Source: a virus (taxonomy: Duplodnaviria > Caudoviricetes). Taken from it: a stretch of DNA of 24,780 bases. A model generated the notes under the pieces. The model was not told where the DNA came from. It did not search any database and saw nothing but the letters and a program-made list of their open reading frames with translations. The DNA lies in the IMG/VR virus record IMGVR_UViG_3300025674_000365, positions 1 through 24,780 of that record; one strand, given 5' to 3'. The translations under genes and the position numbers were made by a program. Below, piece after piece: positions 9,087-16,993 of the stretch (its first letter is position 1; every line of letters begins with the position of its first letter).

Positions 9087-9260
9087 ATGTTTGCTGTACA
9101 AGTACCTATTGATGGAAAATATGTGTATGTTCTTGATCTATTCGAAGTAGATGAGAATGGTAATCACAAGCCGACGCTTTATTCAACAAAGAAAGAGGCA
9201 AAGAAAGAAGCTTCTAATACTGGTTGGGCTAATTACAGGATAGTGCAATACAATGACTGA
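9087..9260 (+). CDS. Hypothetical protein
   Basis: MFAVQVP...YV...P.LY.T..EA..A pattern; stop overlaps the nrdB start; ATG 9087 preferred over the track start at 9021. Confidence 0.6.
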   Translation: MFAVQVPIDGKYVYVLDLFEVDENGNHKPTLYSTKKEAKKEASNTGWANYRIVQYND

Positions 9261-10224
9261 TAAACTTAAACTTCAAGACGAACGTAATTACTTCAAGCCT
9301 TTTCATTATCCTTGGGCATATGATCTATGGTTAAAGCATGAGCAGTCACACTGGCTACATACTGAAGTACCTATGATCGAAGACGTAAAGGATTGGAAAA
9401 ACAATCTCTCTATTGAAGAGAAGTATTTTCTTACTAATATCTTCCGCTTCTTTACACAGTCAGACATTGACGTTGCCGGTGGTTATGTGAAGAACTATCT
9501 TCCAATGTTTCCACAGCCTGAAATTCGTATGATGCTTTCCAGCTTCGCTGCACGTGAGGCATTACACATTGCTGCGTATTCTCACCTTATTGAATCTCTA
9601 GGTATGCCTGAAAGTACGTATAACGAATTTCTTGAATATGATGCTATGCGCGAGAAGCATGAATACTTCCTGTCTAAGGTTGATACAGGTGCTTCGCTGC
9701 CAGTAAAGATTGCTGCTATTTCTGCTTTTACTGAAGGTCTTGCACTATTCTCCAGCTTTATCATGTTGCTGAACTTTCCCCGTCATGGTAAAATGAAAGG
9801 CATGGGTCAGATTGTCACATGGTCAATTGTTGACGAGACACAACACGCTGAAGGAATGATCCGGCTTTTCCGTACTTATCTGGAAGAAAACAGAGAGATT
9901 TGGAATGACAAAATTAAGTCAGAAATTTATACGATTGCAACTAAGATGGTTGATCTTGAAGACAAATTTGTTGATCTGGCGTTTAACATGGGGAAGGTGG
10001 AAGGACTTAGAGATACTGACGTTAAAGAATACATACGATATATAGCAGACCGTAGGCTTATCTCTATGGGCATGAAAGGTATCTTTAAAGTAAAGACTAA
10101 TCCCCTTCCTTGGGTAGAAGAAATGATCAATGCGCCAACACATACTAACTTTTTTGAGAACCGTGCAACTGACTATGCCAAAGGTGCATTGACAGGTAAC
10201 TGGTCAGAGGTATGGGCAAATTAA
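9253..10224 (+). CDS. nrdB: Ribonucleotide reductase class I beta subunit
   Basis: Ferritin-like di-metal ligands (FFTQSD, REALH, FTEG, DETQH), radical Tyr in EALHIAAY, NFFENRATDY C-terminus. Confidence 0.97.
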   Translation: MTDKLKLQDERNYFKPFHYPWAYDLWLKHEQSHWLHTEVPMIEDVKDWKNNLSIEEKYFLTNIFRFFTQSDIDVAGGYVKNYLPMFPQPEIRMMLSSFAAREALHIAAYSHLIESLGMPESTYNEFLEYDAMREKHEYFLSKVDTGASLPVKIAAISAFTEGLALFSSFIMLLNFPRHGKMKGMGQIVTWSIVDETQHAEGMIRLFRTYLEENREIWNDKIKSEIYTIATKMVDLEDKFVDLAFNMGKVEGLRDTDVKEYIRYIADRRLISMGMKGIFKVKTNPLPWVEEMINAPTHTNFFENRATDYAKGALTGNWSEVWAN

Positions 10225-10234
10225 GGAGACACAA

Positions 10235-10507
10235 ATGGCACGAGACTACAAGCGGGAGAACAAGAACTACAAATCAAAGCCTGATCAGATCAAGATGCGT
10301 GTACAACGCAACAAGGCAAGACGACATGCAATCAAGGCGGGTAAGGTTGCAGTAGGTGATGGTAAGGAACTGGATCATATTGTTCCACTAAGTAAAGGTG
10401 GCAGCAATTCACCAAAGAATATTCGAGTTACTACAAAGAGTAAGAACAGTTCCTATAGTCGTAACTCCGACAGTTCAGTTAAAAAGAATACACCAAAGAA
10501 AAAGTAA
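10235..10507 (+). CDS. Small HNH-family endonuclease
   Basis: RDYK.E...RNKARR...GDGKELDHIVPLSKGGSN...NIRV....N; AAGGAG SD. Confidence 0.85.
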   Translation: MARDYKRENKNYKSKPDQIKMRVQRNKARRHAIKAGKVAVGDGKELDHIVPLSKGGSNSPKNIRVTTKSKNSSYSRNSDSSVKKNTPKKK

Positions 10508-11082
10508 TGATCAGTGAATTTCCTTACTACGTGTTTGACAAAGAACTACCAGCAGCTTTTTGTGATGGTCTTGTTACTATGGGACTTGCCAATAAGCAAA
10601 ACTCTGGTGGTTTACACGAGAAGGACGGAACATTTTTTGATCCTGATGTACGGGAAAGTTCAATTAGCTGGCTGAACAATTCAGAACTATCTGAAATACT
10701 TCAGCTTTATGCTCAGAAGGCAAACGAGGCAGCTAACTGGAACTTTCATGTCATGTGTTTTGAAACACCGCAGTTCAGTACGTACAGCCAAGGGGGACAG
10801 TACGACTGGCATATGGATGTTGGCGTTGAAAGTGAAGACGATCTTGTAATCAGAAAGCTTACACTATGTGTTTCTCTCAATGATAGTTTTGAGGGAGGTG
10901 ACTTTCAGATACAAAGGTGGTGTACTCCTGATGCTAACTCCAGATACAACACAGTAAAGGAAATGAGAAACAAGGGCAGTATTCTTGTCTTTCCTTCCTT
11001 TATGTTTCATAGGGTAACACCAGTAACCAAGGGACAACGCTATAGTTTAGCATGTTGGTTTAGAGGACCAGACTTTGAATAA
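10507..11082 (+). CDS. 2OG-Fe(II) oxygenase (PKHD/prolyl-4-hydroxylase-like)
   Basis: Q.S.Y..G..YDWHMD (HxD), RKLT, FEGGDF, VFPSF..HRVTPVT.G.RYSL..W (distal His and 2OG-binding Arg). Confidence 0.92.
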   Translation: MISEFPYYVFDKELPAAFCDGLVTMGLANKQNSGGLHEKDGTFFDPDVRESSISWLNNSELSEILQLYAQKANEAANWNFHVMCFETPQFSTYSQGGQYDWHMDVGVESEDDLVIRKLTLCVSLNDSFEGGDFQIQRWCTPDANSRYNTVKEMRNKGSILVFPSFMFHRVTPVTKGQRYSLACWFRGPDFE

Positions 11083-11281
11083 TATTTACAAACAATCTAG
11101 ATACCATCTTAGGTCAGTAAGAATGTCTTATCTGTGCCATATGCTAGGTGCTTTCTATATTATCTATAAGCTAATTAGTGCCAGTCTAAAGTTAATGGTA
11201 CATGCTTTTGTACCTTCACTATTTATGACTGATGCCAGTACAACTATTCGCATTCTTGCAAAGCAGTTTGAAAAAAAGTAG
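11075..11281 (+). CDS. Small hydrophobic protein, DUF6356-like
   Basis: HL....SY..H...A...........HAF.P.LF...AS pattern; TTG start overlapping the oxygenase end. Confidence 0.6.
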   Translation: MNNIYKQSRYHLRSVRMSYLCHMLGAFYIIYKLISASLKLMVHAFVPSLFMTDASTTIRILAKQFEKK

Positions 11282-11310
11282 TTGACAAACTAAAAATTAA
11301 CAAGTATACT
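11271..11310 (+). promoter_or_regulatory. Sigma70-type promoter for the hsp20-glycosyltransferase operon
   Basis: TTGACA (11282-11287), 17-nt spacer, TATACT (11305-11310); A7 tract upstream. Confidence 0.85.
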
Positions 11311-11313
11311 TCC

Positions 11314-11378
11314 AAGGTCAGTCTGGCAAATGCGGACTGGCCTTTTTAACAACTCGCTTATACAAGGAGGTATACATG
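11314..11378 (+). ncRNA. ROSE-like RNA thermometer (cis-regulatory 5' UTR of hsp20)
   Basis: A 12-bp 5' hairpin (11314-11344), then a 3' hairpin where CUC(G)CUU (11353-11359, containing U(U/C)GCU) pairs with SD AAGGAG (11364-11369) with a bulged G. Confidence 0.72.
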
Positions 11379-11804
11379 AATCTAATTTCCTTTTCCCCAC
11401 AATTTGAAAAGATGCGTAACTTTATGCTTGATATTGAAAAGCATTTTGAACCAATGAGTTACGTTGCACAATCAGTACTTAACTCAACTGCCTATCCCCC
11501 ACATAACATTTATAAAAAAGACAATAAGCACATTATTGAGATGGCAGTTGCAGGGTTTGATAAAGACAATCTGTCAATTGAAATTGAACCTAACATTCTT
11601 ACTGTTTGCGGTGAAACACGTGAGCAAGAAGATGCACCTTCCTGCACTTATCGTGGGATTGCTGCTCGTAAGTTTACCCGTGTATTCTATCTTTCAGAAT
11701 ACATGAAAGTAATTAATGCTTCCTTAAAGAATGGTATTCTTAAAATTGAAATTGAAAAGATTATTCCTGAAGCAGAAAAACCAAAACAAATTACGATAGA
11801 GTAG
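11376..11804 (+). CDS. hsp20: Small heat shock protein Hsp20 (IbpA-like)
   Basis: YPPHNI, IEMAVAGF, YRGIAARKF.R.F.L, NASL.NG.L.I, PE..KP..I.I; AAGGAGG SD. Confidence 0.95.
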   Translation: MNLISFSPQFEKMRNFMLDIEKHFEPMSYVAQSVLNSTAYPPHNIYKKDNKHIIEMAVAGFDKDNLSIEIEPNILTVCGETREQEDAPSCTYRGIAARKFTRVFYLSEYMKVINASLKNGILKIEIEKIIPEAEKPKQITIE

Positions 11805-11815
11805 GAGTACAGGGT

Positions 11816-12565
11816 TTGCCTATCAATAAACTACCAACAATATACATAGGCTATGATCCTCGTGAACATGACTATGTTCGAGTGCTAGATAAGTCTATAC
11901 GTATGCACACTACCCATACGTACAATATAGTCCCTATTGTACAGAAGGAAGTTCGCAGGGCTGGCTTGTATTGGCGCAGTCCAGAGTATAACTTAGAAGG
12001 AACGAAGGTTGATGTTTTTGATGGCAAACCCTTCTCTACTGAGTTTAGCTTTACTAGGTTTCTAGTACCATTTCTAAACCAGATGTCGGGTCTAGCATTA
12101 TTTATGGATGCTGATATGTTTGTTCGTTCAGACATTACAGAAGTATTTGATGTATATGGATCAGATAAAGATAATGTTATTAGCTGTGTACAGCATACGC
12201 ACGTTCCTCAAGAAAAAGAAAAGATGGATGGGCAGGTACAAACCATCTATAACAGAAAGAACTGGTCATCTTTTGTTCTATGGAATTGTGATCATCCTTG
12301 GATGAAAGAGTTGACAATTTCGGATGTTAATGTTAGAAGTGGAAGCTGGTTACATGCTTTTGAATGGATTGATATCTTTCCTATTGGAGATATTCCAGTT
12401 GAATGGAACTGGCTAGACGGAACTTCAGCCGCAGATGTAAATCCAAAGAATGTACACTTTACAACGGGTGGACCAGTTTATCCTACTTGGAAGGGTAAGC
12501 GAGAGATAGATGACGAGTATGCTGAAGAGTGGAAAGACTTTTATACCAAAATAATTGGAGGATAA
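11816..12565 (+). CDS. GT-A fold glycosyltransferase (GT8-related, plant CDI-like)
   Basis: IYIGYDPRE, STEFSFTRFLVP, FMDADM (DxD), KMDGQ.Q..Y.RKNWSS, EWNWL, HFT.GGP; TTG start with AGGAG SD. Confidence 0.88.
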   Translation: MPINKLPTIYIGYDPREHDYVRVLDKSIRMHTTHTYNIVPIVQKEVRRAGLYWRSPEYNLEGTKVDVFDGKPFSTEFSFTRFLVPFLNQMSGLALFMDADMFVRSDITEVFDVYGSDKDNVISCVQHTHVPQEKEKMDGQVQTIYNRKNWSSFVLWNCDHPWMKELTISDVNVRSGSWLHAFEWIDIFPIGDIPVEWNWLDGTSAADVNPKNVHFTTGGPVYPTWKGKREIDDEYAEEWKDFYTKIIGG

Positions 12566-12567
12566 CC

Positions 12568-14862
12568 ATGATAAAATTTGTTACATCATTTAGTGCAGAT
12601 GGATACGAGCGTTATGCTAGAAACATGCTTGAATCTGTCGTAGATAACTGGTATAAAGACTTACACCTTACAGCTTACTACCACGATTGCGATGAAGAAC
12701 TTGTTGCTTCTTTTCCACAGGCAAAGAATATTGAGTATCGTAATCTAAATGAAGTAGAAGATATGCTGGCTTATCGTGAACGTATGGCTGCTTACGATGG
12801 TACAGCGGGTGGCAAGGTAGCTTATAACTGGCGTATGGATGCTGTTAAGTGGTGTCACAAAGTCTATGCAATGACTGATATTGCTTTTGAAATCTCAGAG
12901 AATGAAGTACAGGGTGGCTGGCTAATCTGGCTGGATGCTGACACAGTAACTACAAAGCCTCTTTCAGAAGAAAAGATTAGTAAGATTCTTCCTGATAAAG
13001 CAGAGATTGTACATCTTGGTCGTAAGGATACTGACTATTCAGAAACTTCTTTTGTCGCCTTCAACCTAAACTACGAAACTCCTCTATATCTCCTCGCTGA
13101 TCTGCGTGGATGCTATGACATTGGTGAAACTATCATGTATCGTGAATGGCATGATGGTTTTATTTTTGAACGTCTGCTAAAGATTTATATTGCTCATGGC
13201 ATGAAAGCACACAATCTTACACCTAATGTGAAAGGACTAGCAGCATTTAAAAATTCACCGCTGTCTCAATACATGGTGCATTATAAGGGTAACTTAAAGA
13301 ACAATCTGTCCAAAGATACTGTTGCTCCTGACGTTAAGCTGCCACGCTACAAACAACTTGCCGATCTAGTACGGCATTACTGTGACGGTACAATTGTTGA
13401 GGTAGGTACATGGAATGGTGGCAGAGCAATTGAAATGGCACTAGCTGCTTTTGAAAAGCATGACAAGGTACACTATGTTGGCTTTGATCTGTTTGAAGAA
13501 GCTACTGAAGAATCAGATGCTTATGAACTTAATAGTAAGCCACATAATCTTCTTGAAGCAGTAGAAAAGCGTCTTACTGATTTTGCAGGTAAGATGTTAG
13601 AGAACAATAAGACATTTACCTTTAAGCTGTTTAAGGGAGACAGTAAAGAAACACTTCCTGAAGCACGTGAGGAAGTACTAAAGAGTAAGTTTGCCTACAT
13701 TGATGGTGGACATAGTGAAGAAACTGTACGTTCTGATTATGGTAATCTTAACCACTGTGATCTAATTGTATTTGACGATTACTTTACACCTGATCCTGAA
13801 GGAAACATTCTGGGAGAAGAACATCAAGGTACTAACAGGCTTGTAAAAGAACTAACTGAAAAGGACGGAAAGCCTTGTGTAGTTCTTCCTTCTACTGATC
13901 GTGTAAAGGGTGGAGGCATTACCCACCTTGCAGTATGCCGTAACACTGACAAGGCAGGTCCACTACCTGACAGTCTGCTACGTGTACCTATTGTAGTGCA
14001 GCCACGTGACTCAATGCCAAAGGACGACATTATTAAAAACATTAATGAAAACGTCAATCTTATCAAGCGTTGGAATTTTGTTAAGCAATGTAAGCCTAAC
14101 AATAAAGAAGCAATTATTGTGTCTGCCGGTCCTTCAATTGATTGGAAGCTACTAAAGAAAAAGATCAAGGAAACTGGTGGACCTGTTATTTGTGTAAAGC
14201 ATAGTTATCCGCTACTATTAAAGAACGGTATTAAACCGTATGCCTGTGTAGTTCTTGATCCACGACCAGTAGAAGGCGTATCAACACATGGTATTGTTCG
14301 TAAGGATTTGTTTGAAACAGTCGATCCTAGCACCAAGTTTCTTGTCGCTTCAATGACTGACGTTAGTGCCACAAAAGTAATTATGTCAAAGACTGACAAT
14401 GTTTATGGCTGGCACGCCTATAGTGAAGCAATTCGTGATAAAGCTATCAGTGAAAAGTTTGAAGTAAACAAAACAATTAATATTTCTGCTGATACTACAT
14501 TTGTTACTGGTGGTACTTGTTCAGCAATGCGAGCAATTGGAATGTTCCATATTCTAGGATGCAGGACTTTCCATCTATTTGGTTTTGATTGTTCAGTTCC
14601 TGAAGTTACTGAAGAAATGCAGAACAGTAAGACGGATGATGGTAAACAGAAGTACATGAGGGTTGAAACTAATGGTGTACATTTCTGGACTACTGGAGAA
14701 CTGCTTGCAATGGCACAAGATTGTGAACGGTTATTTTCTAATAAAGACATAGAAATGAATCTGTATGTGTACGGTGAGAATACTCTTGTGTCTGAAGTAT
14801 TTAAGTCTTCTACACAGTACGACAAGACAGATTATACAACATTATTTAAGGAGGTAGAATAA
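12568..14862 (+). CDS. Multidomain protein: GT-A glycosyltransferase + class I SAM methyltransferase + DUF115/MptE/Maf-like domain
   Basis: N-terminal KWCHKVYA..WLDADT; middle VEVGTWNGG, GFDLFE, FAYIDGGH, IVFDDY; C-terminal AIIVSAGPS, GIKP...V..DP, GGT.SA.RA..G.R...LFGFD.S; ATG 12568 has GGAGG SD (track start 12529). Confidence 0.8.
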   Translation: MIKFVTSFSADGYERYARNMLESVVDNWYKDLHLTAYYHDCDEELVASFPQAKNIEYRNLNEVEDMLAYRERMAAYDGTAGGKVAYNWRMDAVKWCHKVYAMTDIAFEISENEVQGGWLIWLDADTVTTKPLSEEKISKILPDKAEIVHLGRKDTDYSETSFVAFNLNYETPLYLLADLRGCYDIGETIMYREWHDGFIFERLLKIYIAHGMKAHNLTPNVKGLAAFKNSPLSQYMVHYKGNLKNNLSKDTVAPDVKLPRYKQLADLVRHYCDGTIVEVGTWNGGRAIEMALAAFEKHDKVHYVGFDLFEEATEESDAYELNSKPHNLLEAVEKRLTDFAGKMLENNKTFTFKLFKGDSKETLPEAREEVLKSKFAYIDGGHSEETVRSDYGNLNHCDLIVFDDYFTPDPEGNILGEEHQGTNRLVKELTEKDGKPCVVLPSTDRVKGGGITHLAVCRNTDKAGPLPDSLLRVPIVVQPRDSMPKDDIIKNINENVNLIKRWNFVKQCKPNNKEAIIVSAGPSIDWKLLKKKIKETGGPVICVKHSYPLLLKNGIKPYACVVLDPRPVEGVSTHGIVRKDLFETVDPSTKFLVASMTDVSATKVIMSKTDNVYGWHAYSEAIRDKAISEKFEVNKTINISADTTFVTGGTCSAMRAIGMFHILGCRTFHLFGFDCSVPEVTEEMQNSKTDDGKQKYMRVETNGVHFWTTGELLAMAQDCERLFSNKDIEMNLYVYGENTLVSEVFKSSTQYDKTDYTTLFKEVE

Positions 14863-15266
14863 TGCTAGGAATTGCAGAAGCAGTAGTAGGTGTAGCAGGT
14901 AAAGTTCTTGACAAGTTTGTTGAGGACAAAGACCTGAAGACAAAGCTTAATGCTGAACTACAGTCACAGATTATTGCACTTGATCTTGCTCAAGCACAAA
15001 CCAATCTTGAACAGGCAAAGCATTCCAGCATCTTCGTCGCTGGAGCAAGACCTGCTATCATGTGGGTATGTTGTATTGCTTTTGCTTGGCAGTTTATTCT
15101 TGCACCTATTGCCAGTTGGGGACTAGCTATTTGGTACCCTACACTTATTCTTCCTGTACTTGATACAGAATCACTTATGACACTAATGCTTTCTCTATTG
15201 GGTCTTGGTGGTATGCGTACAGCAGAGAAATTCAAAGGCGTTGCTCGCAGCAATATGAAGGAATAG
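14862..15266 (+). CDS. Holin, 3-TM gene-transfer-agent family
   Basis: LDKF..DKD.K, N..QA.H.S.FVAGARPAI.W, LLGLGGMRT.EK.KGV signature; hydrophobic segments; AAGGAGG SD. Confidence 0.88.
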   Translation: MLGIAEAVVGVAGKVLDKFVEDKDLKTKLNAELQSQIIALDLAQAQTNLEQAKHSSIFVAGARPAIMWVCCIAFAWQFILAPIASWGLAIWYPTLILPVLDTESLMTLMLSLLGLGGMRTAEKFKGVARSNMKE

Positions 15267-15269
15267 TAC

Positions 15270-15797
15270 ATGGCAGGACTTACTACTCAGCAGGAAAAGT
15301 TTGCACAGGCATATATTATCTATCGTAATGCCACAGAAGCTGCTAAAGCTGCCGGTTATTCTCCACGATCAGCACATAACCAAGGCCATAGGCTTATTCA
15401 TAACACAGCAGTTCTTGAACGTATCGAGAACCTTGAACGTGAAATGGAAACAAGTGTTGATGTTCTGTCTGAACTTGAACAGCAGTACACCGCTGCCAAA
15501 AATAACAACCATACTAACTCTGCACTTAAAGCACTTGAACTTCTGTCTAAGGTAAAGAAGAAAGACGAAGAGGTTGAACCTAAGTCCGTAGAAGAACTTG
15601 AACAACAGATTGTTAAATCTCTTGAAGTTCTTGGAGAGGAACGTAGCCTAAAAATCTTTATGAAATGTGAATGGTTTGTAAAGATGATGGAGGCAGAGGA
15701 AGAGGAAGAAGAATACGAATACGAAGAAGGTGAAGAGTATGAGTACGAAGAAGAAGGGTCTACAGACAATACATCTGAAGACCCTTCTTGGCGCTAA
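15270..15797 (+). CDS. terS: Terminase small subunit-like protein with acidic tail
   Basis: LT.QQEKFAQAY....NATEAA.AAGYS..SA...G..L HTH, ALKALELL; Glu/Tyr-rich C-terminus. Confidence 0.8.
   Translation: MAGLTTQQEKFAQAYIIYRNATEAAKAAGYSPRSAHNQGHRLIHNTAVLERIENLEREMETSVDVLSELEQQYTAAKNNNHTNSALKALELLSKVKKKDEEVEPKSVEELEQQIVKSLEVLGEERSLKIFMKCEWFVKMMEAEEEEEEYEYEEGEEYEYEEEGSTDNTSEDPSWR
15751..15789. terminator. Putative bidirectional terminator hairpin at the arm junction
   Basis: AAGAAGGGTCT/AGACCCTTCTT 11-bp inverted repeat plus a 4-bp inner stem CAGA/TCTG; lies where the two arms converge; U-tracts are imperfect. Confidence 0.55.
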
Positions 15798-15809
15798 GTC
15801 TTTCCCCTT

Positions 15810-16172
15810 CTACTCAGCTTTTCTTTCATTAGCTACAGGCGGATGCTTTCCATTATGCATGGAATATAGTTTATCATAACCTTTTTCTAAATTCTTAATA
15901 GTTGTCAACATTTCAGCTAACTGCATGTGATCACGTCTAAGATTTTCAGGACTTGCCATATTAGCTAATACAGAAATTCTTTGTTCTTGTGTCTCTGTAG
16001 AAGTGTGTAACTTATCATAATTACTATCCATCTTTCTTAAACGCTGCTCTACATCATTTAGTTTATCTACTAATTGTTTGATCTGCATCTTAGCTACAGC
16101 ACTAGCACCAGCAACACTAAATAGTATTCCACCTAAAGTTACAACTAATCGTAAATCAATGGCTCCCTCCAT
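15810..16172 (-). CDS. Membrane-anchored coiled-coil protein
   Basis: N-terminal hydrophobic segment (LVVTLGGILFSVAGASAVA) followed by heptad-rich helix; GGGAG SD. Confidence 0.75.
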   Translation of the reverse strand: MEGAIDLRLVVTLGGILFSVAGASAVAKMQIKQLVDKLNDVEQRLRKMDSNYDKLHTSTETQEQRISVLANMASPENLRRDHMQLAEMLTTIKNLEKGYDKLYSMHNGKHPPVANERKAE

Positions 16173-16225
16173 TGACGTTTCTCCCTTTGCTTAATCTATA
16201 GTTTTTATAGTATCTTTGTGCATGT

Positions 16226-16993
16226 CTATGGCGAATAGTTGTTAGTATCTACAGAACTATTTTTTATATATACCATAGAAAAGTTTGCAGAAATAAGGTT
16301 ATTTGATCCAGAAGATATTGCTCTTACTTCTAGGTCTGTTTTTTCTGGTACTGAGATTGGATAGCGTATAAGAAAATCTGCAACTCCACCTGAACCAAGG
16401 GTCTGTTTCATCATAACTCGAAACACACCGCCCTGTGTGCGTTGGACAATTTGAGCAGTGACGTACTGGTTAGCGTTAGTCGTACCAGTAGCAATGTTGA
16501 CGTGATCTAAAAATCCTGTGTACCCAGCAGGAACAGTCCACATAGCCATCAGTGTTTGATTCTCACCAAGAGTAATACGAGCATATGTCGTCCCACCGTT
16601 GGTGATGTTCAGGTTGCCTGTCGGTGCTTGTGATCCGCTAACATAAGCACGAAAGACACGGATAAATGTTTGTGTCGTAGTGGCTGTACCAGCACCAGCA
16701 AGAGTTACTTCCTCATTAACTTCATTGTAATCTTCATCCAAACCAAAGACTATTACCTTTACACCATTATCGTTTGCTGGTGTACCGGCATCTGTTGTTA
16801 CAGTCATAGCAACGGCAGAACTAGGATAGGCGTAAATACCACCTACATCCCAGATAGTTTCTTCTGCACCGTTTACGTCTGGATTAAAGCCAAACTTAAA
16901 AACCGTTTTATGGTTTTCTATTTGATTACGAACAACTTGTAATTCAAATGGTTCTGTCTTACCAAATCTTGTAATTGAAGAAGGTATTGCCAT
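16226..16993 (-). CDS. Beta-rich virion structural protein (putative)
   Basis: 255 aa, Thr/Gly/Val-rich, FKFGFNPDV..ETIW..GG.Y.YP; GGGAG SD; located in the structural arm. Confidence 0.65.
   Translation of the reverse strand: MAIPSSITRFGKTEPFELQVVRNQIENHKTVFKFGFNPDVNGAEETIWDVGGIYAYPSSAVAMTVTTDAGTPANDNGVKVIVFGLDEDYNEVNEEVTLAGAGTATTTQTFIRVFRAYVSGSQAPTGNLNITNGGTTYARITLGENQTLMAMWTVPAGYTGFLDHVNIATGTTNANQYVTAQIVQRTQGGVFRVMMKQTLGSGGVADFLIRYPISVPEKTDLEVRAISSGSNNLISANFSMVYIKNSSVDTNNYSP

Noticed and set aside
10235-10507. HNH as an intron- or intein-associated homing element in the RNR genes
   Set aside because: nrdA and nrdB are uninterrupted and of normal length; the HNH is free-standing with its own SD.
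10507-11082. TET/JBP-type DNA base oxygenase
   Set aside because: Motifs fit PKHD/P4H-like enzymes, and no cytosine methyltransferase or modified-nucleotide genes are in the window; not excluded but unsupported.
15715-15760. Alpha-tubulin-like EEGEEY tail mimicry
   Set aside because: Low-complexity coincidence; the motif is not terminal and the host is bacterial.
48-15769. Many short alternative-frame and antisense ORFs in the track (e.g. 48-317, 826-1050, 3257-3625, 7576-8031, 13824-14168, 14418-14825, 15398-15769)
   Set aside because: They shadow well-supported genes, lack SD sequences or motifs, and reflect codon bias of the real frame.
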